Shown here: positions 11,131-21,529 of the stretch, one piece after another
Numbering within the stretch: position 1 is the first letter of the stretch
How the letters are laid out: every line of letters begins with the position of its first letter
Assembly (NCBI RefSeq): GCF_000002865.3
Contig: NW_001865079.1
Location: 19,858-83,857, forward strand
Direction: 5' to 3'
Length of the DNA stretch: 64,000 bases
DNA from: Monosiga brevicollis MX1
Lineage: Eukaryota
Notes under the pieces: generated by a model
Database searches by the model: none
Seen by the model: only the letters and a program-made list of their open reading frames with translations
What the model was told of the DNA's origin: nothing
Made by a program: the position numbers and the translations under genes

Positions 11131-14100
11131 CTAGGCAGTGTAGTAAACGACTAGCTCGGGGTAGATCTGGGCATTGTCGAACAATACCACCTCGCGAAAC
11201 TTCCCTTGCGGTGTCGCAATGACAGAATCATGTCTGCGAGACAGCCAAAGACAAATCACATCAAACGGTGCGACAAGATTTGCAGGTATTGCCTCTTGCT
11301 TAACATACCGCTCATTGTTGGGTGCGTTGGGCAGCAGTGGTGGAGCCAGCGCCGCAGGGGAAGGTGAATGATAGACAAAGGCATGCCCCAGCAGGGCTCG
11401 CGTGATGACGAGCATGCGCTGACCATTGGGTGCAGGTTTTGCATAGACATGACTCTACAGCCAGAGTAGCAACACGCCTGTAAGCAACATTCACGATTAC
11501 GATCCAGTCAAGGCTGCAAGAAAGCATCAATCGCACCTTGCCAGGATGGTCTGCCAAATAAACACCGAGACCAAACCGATGGGCGCCTTTGTCACCCGCA
11601 AAGCGATAATCAAGGCCCAGGCGCACAATCTTGTCGCGCACCGATCTCACGGAGGAGATACCGTGGAACAGCAAGCGCTCTTGACAGGATGAGTCGCGAA
11701 GCAAAGCTGGAGAGCCCGAAAGCGCATCCAATGTGGCCGTTTTAAGTTGAGTGTAGTGCTCCCGAGTTTTGATGCGGTGCAACATCTCCCGTCGCTTAGC
11801 ATGGTATCGCTCCCACAACACTGGGTTGTGCACGCGCTCCACCCTCTGCACTACAATATTAGGTGGCCCTTGTCCATCCTTGCTCAGCTCTTTCAACAAC
11901 TCGGTCACCTAATCACAGAGTGCATTTAAATCAACCCACCTCACGAAGCGAAGTGAGCAATGGCAGCAACAGCCAACGCACACACACACACACACACACA
12001 CACACCTCTGATATGAGCTCGGGTGCGTCCCGCAAAACGTCAATGGCTGATGTGACATGGGGTGCAACATGTTGCTGTGCAACCTGCATGGCACTCAATA
12101 GGCTTGGCCGTTGCTTCGGATCTGCTGTCAGCAACGCCCGCGTTTCCTTGTACAAATCGCTTGTCGAGTCGCACAGCTGCAAATAAACAAAAAAAAGTGC
12201 ATTCAGAAAGAATCATAAGCTCACGAGCTGACCCATTCACTGATCAGCCAAGAATGCGTTACTGACCTGAGCCGCTAGGTGAGGAAAGCTGCAAGAAGGA
12301 TCGTTGGCTTGCATGCTCCAACTGCATCGGTTCACGACTTCATCGCTTCGCGACTGAGCCGGTGGTACTGTTAGTGGGAACATGTAGGTGTTGTACAAAA
12401 CGCAGCCAAAGGAAAAGACATCCTGTGCCGGACGTGCGCCCACATGACCCTGGCCAAAGAGGACCTCGGGTGCGATGTAGCCGGGCGTGCCTGACGACGC
12501 AGTGGCCGTGCATGGCAGCATGGTGGCCTCGGCTGTGGCTTTGGCAATGTCAAAATCACCCAGCCGCACAACGGGCTGGTCCTCATCGCCGTCCAACATG
12601 ACGTTGCTCAGTTTGACATCGCGGTGCACCAGGCCCTTGCTATGCATGAAAGCCAGAGCCATGCGCAGCTGAGTCATCAAACCGGCAATCACGCTTAAGG
12701 TGGCCAGGTGGCGCGCCTTGCCGAGCCACTGCTGCAGATCCCCTTGTGTACACCACGGCTGGACCAGGTAGGCGCTCGGGTGGCCATCGTGAACATCCAC
12801 AAGCGCGCCGAGGACTGGAATGATGTGTGGGTGCTCAAGCTGCCGCATGGCGCGGAGCTCCCGTAGAAACCCGCGACACCTCTCTTGCTTGTGTTGTCGA
12901 GCGAATGCGTACTCTTTTACGGCCAAATCTTGATTGGGATGACTTGGCAGTGCTGCTCGGGCCTTGTACACCTTATGGTTCCGGTTGTAATAAAGGTCAA
13001 GCCGACCCAGGCTGGAGAGCGTTAACAATTGGTCCACTCCAGTCATGGCCTCCAAGATGAGCCGGGCCGGAAGATCGGGGCCAAGCTTAGTGCGGAGACG
13101 CGCTCCCAACGCACTTTGCTCAGGATGCAGAAAGACCAGCAGGGCTGGGAAGTGTTGGTGCAGCAGCTTTGCCAGTGCTGCCACCTCGTCCACCTGCGTT
13201 GAGTCCGATAGCTGCTGGCCCAGAGTTTTGAGGCGCTCCTTTAGTTCCTGCAAATCTTCCTCGACGCCAGCTCGCCGCTCCTCTTTTGCGAAAAGCAAGT
13301 ACCCAGTGGTAGCATGAATTTGCCTTTTCAGCTGAGCCTCTTCTTGATGTAGAGATACAACTTGACTTGCGCAGCTTTGTTTGATACCACCAGCATGTTT
13401 TTGGCATAGATCTAGCACCGACAGTGTCGTGGCCTGCCATTCAACCATGTCTTGCAGCTGCTGCATCAGGGCTCGCGCTTCTTGAAACACAAACGCGATA
13501 TACCAGGCTTGATGCTCATAGTCGTGCTCTGCCTTCCAGTCTGTGAGCTGTTTCAGACCATTCTGCTTGGGTGAGCTCAGGTTTTGGTGGGCCTGGTGCA
13601 GCTGCTTCCATGCCTTGGACAACGCTTTGGCTGGAGGTGGTACGTTTGCATCTGAACATTGCACTCTTTGCAGCAGCATGTCCACGCAGCGGACCATTTT
13701 GCTGGATCCTGCTTGTGCTACGGCGCCCAGCGCATCTATGAACGCGGATTCCACACGTTGGAGGTTGCTGTTGGTGCATTTGAGCATCTCTTGGCGCTTT
13801 TCCCCAACATTGTGCAGCTTGCCAAGCTTTTCAAGACCTTGCACCAGGTTGGATGGCATTGCCTCTTGAGTCGGTCCAGGATTCTGCATCATGTCGGCAT
13901 CGTCAGGGCTGGAGCTAGCTTTGTGCCGTTTGGAAGGTGGAGAACCGCTCTTCGCGGGTTTGGTGCGGGGTGGTTTCGTCGTCTTGCTGAAGACACCAAA
14001 GTGATTTTGAAACTCGTCAAAGTGCTGTTGAAACTTGTTCTTCACCGACAGCAGCTGAAGCTGAGCTGTGAGACCATGCATCTCTTGAAGTACCGATTCT

Positions 14101-17100
14101 AGCTTGTCGGACTGTGGGTTCAGTTGCCTGAGACGGTCGCTTAGTGCTTCGGTCACCTGCAATGCTTGACTGAGCGCGTTGGAGGCTTGGGTGGTCATGG
14201 CCTGAAAGGCTGGCCAGTCCATTGCAGGAAGGTCCATGGGAGCTTCATTGATGATCTTCTGGATGTGAACAACCGCCGTTCTAAGATTGGGATCGTGCTT
14301 TCTGGCGCCTCTAATAAAGGCATCCAGATGTGGGAGGGGATGGGTGGGGGCACGCTCGGGTAGGAGCGGCTTGAGCCACTTGTCCACCGCAACCACGACC
14401 GCTGCCGTGGACTAATCGGGTCACAAGGTGATGAGAGTGGCCAGTCATGAATGTGTTGGTTCAGGTTTGGGCTGAAGCTTGGATTAGAGGCTTGGGCTAT
14501 CAGCATAAATCGGGATGAGGGGGCTCACCTCAAGGGACGGATGGTTGAGCAAGGGCGGCAGCCAGACGGACGGCAGTGCAGGCGCGCGGAATGCGATTTG
14601 AGCTTCGTGGGTGGCAAACACAGACTCCAGGTTGCTACCGTGCCCTCTCCGACGTCCCCTCTCAAGGGGTGTTTCAAAGTTCTTAGAGGGGGTTTACAGT
14701 CGCGATCAGAGCACGTGAGCGAGGCAACGAGGTGTAGCTGGTCTTGGGTTTGTTGGTGTTGTCAAAATATAGCCGGCGCAACGATATGCAAGAACAGCCT
14801 GTGCCAATGAAGCCGGCAGGTAGTCTGGATAAATACAAGATCCAACGAGAAAGGCTTGTTTTGGGGAATATAAAACGTTGAGTTGGGTATGGAAAAAGCA
14901 GGCTGGAAGCCGTTTGAGCCGGATCAAAGACGCAATATAGTGGATAAAAAGCGCGAGGTGGGCAGGTAGGAGGTGCAGCCAAAGGAAGAAACAATAACGT
15001 GTAGGTGCAAAGAAGGGAAGGAGGGAGAATTGGAACGGTTGCGCACGATGGTCAGGTTGTAGAGGAAAAATGAGCCAAGAGCAGGAGTAGGATGCAGGAT
15101 ACAGGAGGCAGCATGCAGGAGGCAGGAGGCTGGAGGCAGAATGCGGGAGGCAGGAGGCAGGAGGCAGGAGGCAGGAGGCAGGAGCACGGGCCGCCATGAG
15201 AAAGATAAGCGGAAGGCACAAACCTTGGTTTTGGTTTTAGCTTGAGCATCAGCGCCGTGCTTCAATAGCATCTCCACGAGCTGCACATGACCAAGGTCAC
15301 AGGCATGGTGCAGTGCTGTGCAGTCATCCTGTTGGTTGATACATCACACCATGAAAAACAAGTGTACCATCATGATTATGGGTTGACTACACATATCATG
15401 AGATACATTTCACGGAAAGAAGGGGGTGCAGACCTTGTCTTTCGCTCTCACATCAACGCCGTGGCTCAACAGCGTCTGTGCCACCGCCATTTGACCGAGG
15501 CTGCAGGCATGATGCAGTGGTGTCTGGTCATCCTGATGGTTGATGCATTACAGCAATATATAAGTGTAGCATCATTATCTTGCGTTAGCTACATATATGG
15601 ATAAATCACATCTCGCTTTGTACTGCACTTGGAGCGTGATACTGACCTTGTCTTTGGCTCTCGCATCAACGCCGCGCTCCAACAGCAAATTTACCACCTC
15701 GATACGCCCAAAACGGCTGGCCATGTGCAGTGGCGTCAAGCGATCCTGTTTATTGAGGCACCACACCATTGCGCATAGTCACAGTCATGTGTGAGCTATG
15801 CACACTTACAGGAAAAAGAATGCTTGTATGAATGTTATGCATGTGGATGTAGACGTATTGTTAAAGGCACTTGTCAGACTCAATGACGACGAAACAGCTA
15901 ACGAAATCAAGTACATTGCAACTGGTGTATCGAAATCGGGAAGGGGCAAAATGGGGGCACCCACTTTGGTGGTCTTGGCTTGAGCATCAACGCCGTGTTT
16001 TAGCAGTATCTCCACAAGCTGCACATAATCGCGTCGGCAAGCATCGTGCAAAGGTGTCATGCCATCCTGTGGATTGACATCATTACGAACAGGTGTAGCA
16101 TCCTTATCATGCATGAGCCGTGCCTGTCGAATTGATATGCAACGGAGGCAGCACCACAATAGAGCGGGGAAGAAGAGTACAGACCCTGGTCTTGGTTTGG
16201 GCATCAACGCCGTGTTTTAACAGCATCTCCACAAGCTGCACATGACCGCATGCGCAGGCATCGTGCAGTGGTGCTATACCAGTCTATTGAATGACATCAC
16301 AAACAGGTGCAGCATCCTCATCATGAATAAGCTGTGCATGTCGGTAGCACCACAACAGAGGAAAGCGAGGACAGACCCTGGTCTTAGCTTGAGCATCAAC
16401 GCCGCATTTTAACAGCATTTTCACAAGCTTCACATGGCCGTGTTGGCAGGCGTCGTGCAACGGTGTTCTGCCAGTCTATGGGTTGGACATCACATCAACG
16501 AACAGATGTAGCGTCCCCAACATGAATTAGCCGTGCATGTCAAATACTTATGCAACAGAGGCTGTGCCACAATAGAGGAGGGAGAGATACAGACCCTGCT
16601 CTTGACTCGAGCACTAACGCCGTGCTTTACCAACATTTCCACAAGCTGCGCATGACCGCGTTGGCAGGCATCGTGCAGTGGTGTCATGCCAGCCTGTGGG
16701 TTGATGAACCACACCATGACGAACAAGTGTGTCGAGCATCCTCATCATGTGTGAGATGGCATGGATGGATTCTTAAACATCAATCGAATGTCCACGATAG
16801 AGGGAAAAGAAAAAGGCACAGACCTTGTTCTTGACTCGAGCGTCAACGCCATGCTTCAACAGCGTCTCCACCACCATGATATGACCGCAAAGGCAGGCAT
16901 AGTGCAGTGGTGTACGTCCATCCTGTAGGTTGATGCATCCCCATTGCATGCAGGTGCAGCGTCATGTCAGAACAATTCAACACATTTCAGGTTTATCAAC
17001 CAAAGAGGGGGCGACATCGAGGCACCGACGTCGGTCCTAGTTTGTGCATCAACGCCATGCGTCAGCAGCTTCTCCACCAGCTCCACACAACCACGAATAC

Positions 17101-17596
17101 AGGCTCCGTGAATTGGGGTCAAGCCATGCTGTAGGATCATAAAACCAGCATCATGGCATTGTTTTTGTTATACATGATGATGAGAATAATACCCATACAC
17201 ACAAGGATCTTGTTCCAGTTGGTGTGCCAAAATCAAGGTACTGACGTCGGTCTTGGCTTCTTTATTAGCGCCGTGCTTCAATAGTATCTCCACCAACTCC
17301 ACGTGACCATTTTTACAGGCTCTGTGCAGAGGCATACGCCCGCCCTGTGGGTTGATGCAACACCATTACGGAGAGGCACAGGTCACATTGCAGTTTTGGC
17401 TTTATGGGGCTACTTGAGCTGAGCCAGTAGTACGCACGCGAGCACAATCAATCGTCAGACATACCGCATCTTCAAAAGTAACAGCGGATCGAATTCGTTG
17501 TTCGTCCCAGCTGTTCAACAGCTGCAGCGCCGTGCTTGGATTTTTCATTTGACAAGCACTGTACAGCTGCTCTCCATCATCACTCGCAGTACTCAT
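11131..17596 (-). CDS. Ankyrin-repeat / coiled-coil / protein kinase / PARP-type ADP-ribosyltransferase fusion protein, copy A (~1406 aa, 17 exons)
   Basis: Hand-spliced GT-AG exons: 17596-17465; ankyrin exons 17344-17246, 17128-17030, 16922-16824, 16693-16595, 16475-16377, 16283-16185, 16066-15965, 15745-15647, 15532-15434, 15328-15224; then 14681-14529, 14411-12267, 12176-12006, 11908-11537, 11454-11309, 11233-11131. The frame stays open throughout. Kinase motifs: LAVKEY, HRDVKLSN, DFD, GTPGYIAPE. PARP motifs: VERVHNPVLWERY, RLLFHG, FGLGVYLADHPGKSHVY, FREVVLFDNAQIYPELVVYY. Confidence 0.92.
15080..15185. repeat. Intronic 7-bp minisatellite (ggcagga)n
   Basis: Tandem caggagg units in the intron after the last ankyrin exon. 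Confidence 0.85.
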
Positions 17597-17677
17597 GGCA
17601 ACGGTGTCTCTCGATCACAGCCCCGAAGCGCTTGACCAATCTCAGGAGCCGTCTTGAAATACAAATGTCTGACAATT

Positions 17678-17735
17678 CAATGTCGGACTGGTTCCACAGG
17701 CTCGGACTCGAATACGCGCGCGTCAAAACGGCAGC
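17678..17735 (-). promoter_or_regulatory. Candidate upstream motifs shared with paralog B
   Basis: Sense-strand GCTGCCGTTTTGAC (17735-17722) and CAGTCCGACATTG (17690-17678) also occur at 47006-47019 and 47023-47035, upstream of copy B. Confidence 0.45.
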
Positions 17736-18713
17736 CGGTGAGCAGAGCCTTGCTCCCCAGCTCCCCCTTGGTATGCTGGGAGGCTGAGCCCTGGTCACGG
17801 TGCAAAAAGCGTTGTGTTGTCGTTTGCCTGGCGCACAGCGTCGAACGTGTGAGCGCGGTAGCGTGGTGAGGGAAAAAAGAGGCAGCGCGCTTGATGACCC
17901 ACCAATCGCCCCGACGTCGCCAGACGCCCACAACAAAGATGAACCCCGTATCAAGCACCGGGGATCAAGCCAAGGTACGACAACTGACGCAGCCAGCCGC
18001 CAATAGTGATGTCAACTCCGATGTCTATCCAGACCGACGCCAAAGAAGAAAAAGACACTACACCACAAGCAGCAAACGGAAAAGGATTTTCCTTTGTTTG
18101 ACAATAAGTAGAAGATTCAAAAACTCTCTCTCGTATGGTCTTACAAGCAAATCCTGCAGCCGCTGCACCAACTGACTGCTTGTGTGCTCCCAAATCGCCG
18201 CAAGCTAAACCCTTTTATGACGCACATGTGCGTGCGTGCGTGTGTGTTGGAGTGGTGCATGGCCTTGGTTGTCTCTGTCAGTACACACTACTATACCACA
18301 AATGCAACAGCAAACGCATCTCTAATTTCACAGTTGCTTCCTGCTCGTCTGCTTATCATGGATCTCATGGCCGTGTGCATCTGGCCATCCAAGTGTTCAA
18401 ACCAACAAACAGCAACAGCAACAACGACAAAAGAAAACTCCTTGTTCTCCGGGCCGCGGGGGAGATGGCTTCCTGTCCCTTCAAAAACGGCGGCGAACGT
18501 GAATATGACTGCTCTCTGAGAGCTGAATGTTTATTCAGCCCAGTTAATCAGGGGCACAGGCTGTGTGACCTTGGGATCGCAAGTTCAAGTTTTATTCTGA
18601 TTTTTTTATCATTCACAAGGCAACTGCGTGGATCGAGCTCAGACTCGACATGAAGGCAAAAGGACACTGGCCGGGGCGTGCACCCGACGCGGACCATGCG
18701 GACAAGCGCCGCT

Positions 18714-20677
18714 TTATCGCTTCTTGGAAAAGGACACGCGCATCTTGTTTCCGGGCGTGACCTCCTTGCCATTCAGCGCGGGCAAGGCCGCACTGGCCTG
18801 CACATCAAGGTAAAAAATCCAGACAGCCAAACATTCGAGCAATCAGATGACGCTGCGGCAGTGATATGGGGTGTTGAACGTGACAAGAGTAGGAAAAATG
18901 GGCTCACCTGCACCTCGTTCTCGTACTCCACAAACCCAATGTCGGGGCGAATGGGTACCAGGCGTACTTCCTTGAAGCCTGGAAACTCCTTGAACAATGC
19001 CTGTGGCAGATTGCAAAGTGAGACGGGCCGAGCAGTCTCTCAAGCCTTCTGGTTGACGTTGTTGAAAGCGGTGATGAAAGGGTGAAGGCTGACTGACCGT
19101 GAGCATTTCCTGCGTGCGATCGGACGGCAAGTTTTCCAAAAAGAGAATGGGGCTTGGGTCTTCTGCTCCGTACAGAAAAGAGGGAGGAGGGGAAACAGAA
19201 GAAAAAAGAGCAAAGGTATCAGTGGAAAACTGGCTACAGGCTTGGACATCATCGTGGCAATGGCATGTCGAATATCATCAAGCGTACCCATATTGGGCGG
19301 GGGGGCCGCGGGAGCGTGACCGGACGGGGCTGTTTGGCCTGGTGGTCCCGGGGGCGGGGGCGGGGCCGCCTCGCCAGACTCGTAACGCCCCCGCTTGCTG
19401 CTGGGCTCGCCGGGTGAGCCCGGGGCCTGCATGTACTCGCCGGCACCGGGGTAGGGCGCCTGGCCACCACCTGCGGGTGGGGGCGGAGGTGGGGGTTGCA
19501 CAGGCATGGGTGGTGGCTTGACGCGCGGCTTGGTGCCTAAGAGTTGACAGGCAATCGACCGAGGTGAATTCCGTGAGTGGTGATTGGGCAGCTTGTGGCT
19601 TGTTCACAAGTTTTTGAGGAGAAAACCGCTCAAAGGTGGGAAAGTCCCCCAAGGATGAGGCAACAGACCTGGTGGAGTAGGGCGAGGACCCAATGGGGCC
19701 TTGACGCGCGGCTTGAAGGCACCGTCGTTCTTGGCCACAATGTCCGACTTTGTCTTGGCGAAATTGATGCGCTGTTCGATAAGCACGGAGTGGCCCGCCG
19801 TGATGAATGAGGCGAAAAGCAACAGAACCACACCGAGAGGAAGAACAGGGGAATCAAGAACAAAACCAGGCGAGCGTCGACAAGAACAGCGGGTGCGACA
19901 TCAAAATCAGCGCGAGACTGTGACCGTTGCTGAGGCATACCATGGGCTTGCCACAAAAGGGGAACGACTGCATAGCGTTGAGGGCCTTCTCCGCGGCTTC
20001 GATCGAGTCAAAGACAACAAAGGCTTGACCACGGCGCTTGAAGGAGCTCATGGCAACCACTCGGAGAATCTTTCCAAACTGATTGAAGATGGCCTCAAGC
20101 GCTTTCTTGAGCTCGTCCTCTTTGACACGCTCGGAGAGGTTGTTGATGTACAGCGTTTGATTGGGCTCTTCGAGCTCCACGGCCGGCTCGGCCTAAAGTG
20201 AAACGCCCAGAGCAAAGCCCAAGGCAATCATGCTGTCAGCTGGATCCAGGCCAGTTGGGTACCACCACCAGCCACCACGCCTGGCTAAAGGAGCGACACA
20301 GTGCGAGGAGACGGGTAACATACATTGGCTTCGGTCGGTGCACCAGCCTCAGCAGCAGGCGGTCTGAATGGCAGAAAAGAATGAGGGACATGAGTTAAAG
20401 AAAGGGGGCAAGGATTTTTCAACAAAGGCGGGTTGCTGAATCAGGGTCGTCAAAGACCTTACCCAAAAGGAGGCTGTGGCATCATGTGTGGCGGCGGGCC
20501 CGGCGGCATCATGTGCGGCGGGGGCTGCATCATGTTGGGAGGCATGGGAGGGCCGGGCTGGTGGGGCATCGGTGGAGCCGGCGCAGCTGCATTATTGGCT
20601 TGTTCATTTTGTTGCGGTGCCTCCGCTGGTGGCGGCGGAGGTGCCGCATCGGTCGGGGCTGCAGTGACCTCGGCCAT
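18714..20677 (-). CDS. SNRPA: U1A/U2B''/SNF-family snRNP protein (two RRMs, Pro-rich N-terminus and linker), spliced
   Basis: RRM1 is [32 protein letters not shown]...RGQAFVVF...[28 protein letters not shown]2 is ILFLENLP...[15 protein letters not shown]...[10 protein letters not shown]...[10 protein letters not shown]1A versus U2B'' cannot be resolved by eye. Confidence 0.88.
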
Positions 20678-21529
20678 GTCGTTCGTTCGACGAGCTGACC
20701 GGGAAGCGATCCACACAAGTCAAGGAGCTGTGCGAGCGATGAGGTTCCAAACCCACACGCACACACTGCAACTCAACACCTAGGCAACAGATGCACACGC
20801 ACGCAAGACCCACCCACACGCAGACAAGCGTGTGCGCGCGATCAGTGGAGGAGCGCTGCCCTTTTGTGCCGGCTGCTGGCTCACACTCTGATTTTTTTTT
20901 TTTTTCTCTCTCTCACACACACTCGTTACTGCGCTTTCCGAGCTGACAAAGTGTGACACATATCGCACTTTCACTACACAGCTGGTACAAGAATGGTGTC
21001 GACAACAGTCGTTCTGCATGTGATTTAGAGATAACGTTGAAGACGGCTGTTTTCAACGGCCGCATTCCGGTCTAAAAGTATTTCGCACCCATTTTTCCAC
21101 ATACTACGCTCTATCCCCACACATACATAAAAGTGTTTTACTTTTATTACCATCGCTCGCTGCTTTTGACCCTGCTCGTGACTTCACAACCGCTCGCACC
21201 TGCACCTTCACCCCCCTCGCCCGCCTTCGGCCCTGCCTCCTGCCTCCCTCTCCTCTTGTGCCTCCTGTTTTTCTCCCCCCTTCCTCTTCCTAGTGGTGGT
21301 GGTGGTGCTCTTGCGGGTGTTACGCCTTGTACAACTGCCAGACTTTTTTTTTTGCACTTGTCAACGAAGGTGCTGAAACCTGGTAAGACTCGTCGCGGCC
21401 TCATCACTCTTCCGCACGAGTGTTACCTGTCACTCAGTGGTCACGTCCTGCATGTCTAGACCGGCTCAGGAGAGGCTTTTGTCTTGGCAGCGCCCCTGGT
21501 GACATAGCTGGCATCGTTCCATCCTCATC

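Noticed and set aside
12700..12860. Gene conversion as the cause of identical kinase peptide in both copies
   Set aside because: The DNA differs at multiple synonymous sites, which fits purifying selection better.
14651..14681. Apparent loss of a splice acceptor in copy A's linker exon
   Set aside because: An in-frame upstream AAG acceptor gives NFETPLE, aligning with copy B's FCDTPLE, so the gene need not be broken.
11131..17596. Calling the ANK-PARP genes tankyrase (TNKS)
   Set aside because: There is no SAM domain or ARC-type ankyrin clustering, and a kinase is interposed. Orthology is not supported by eye.
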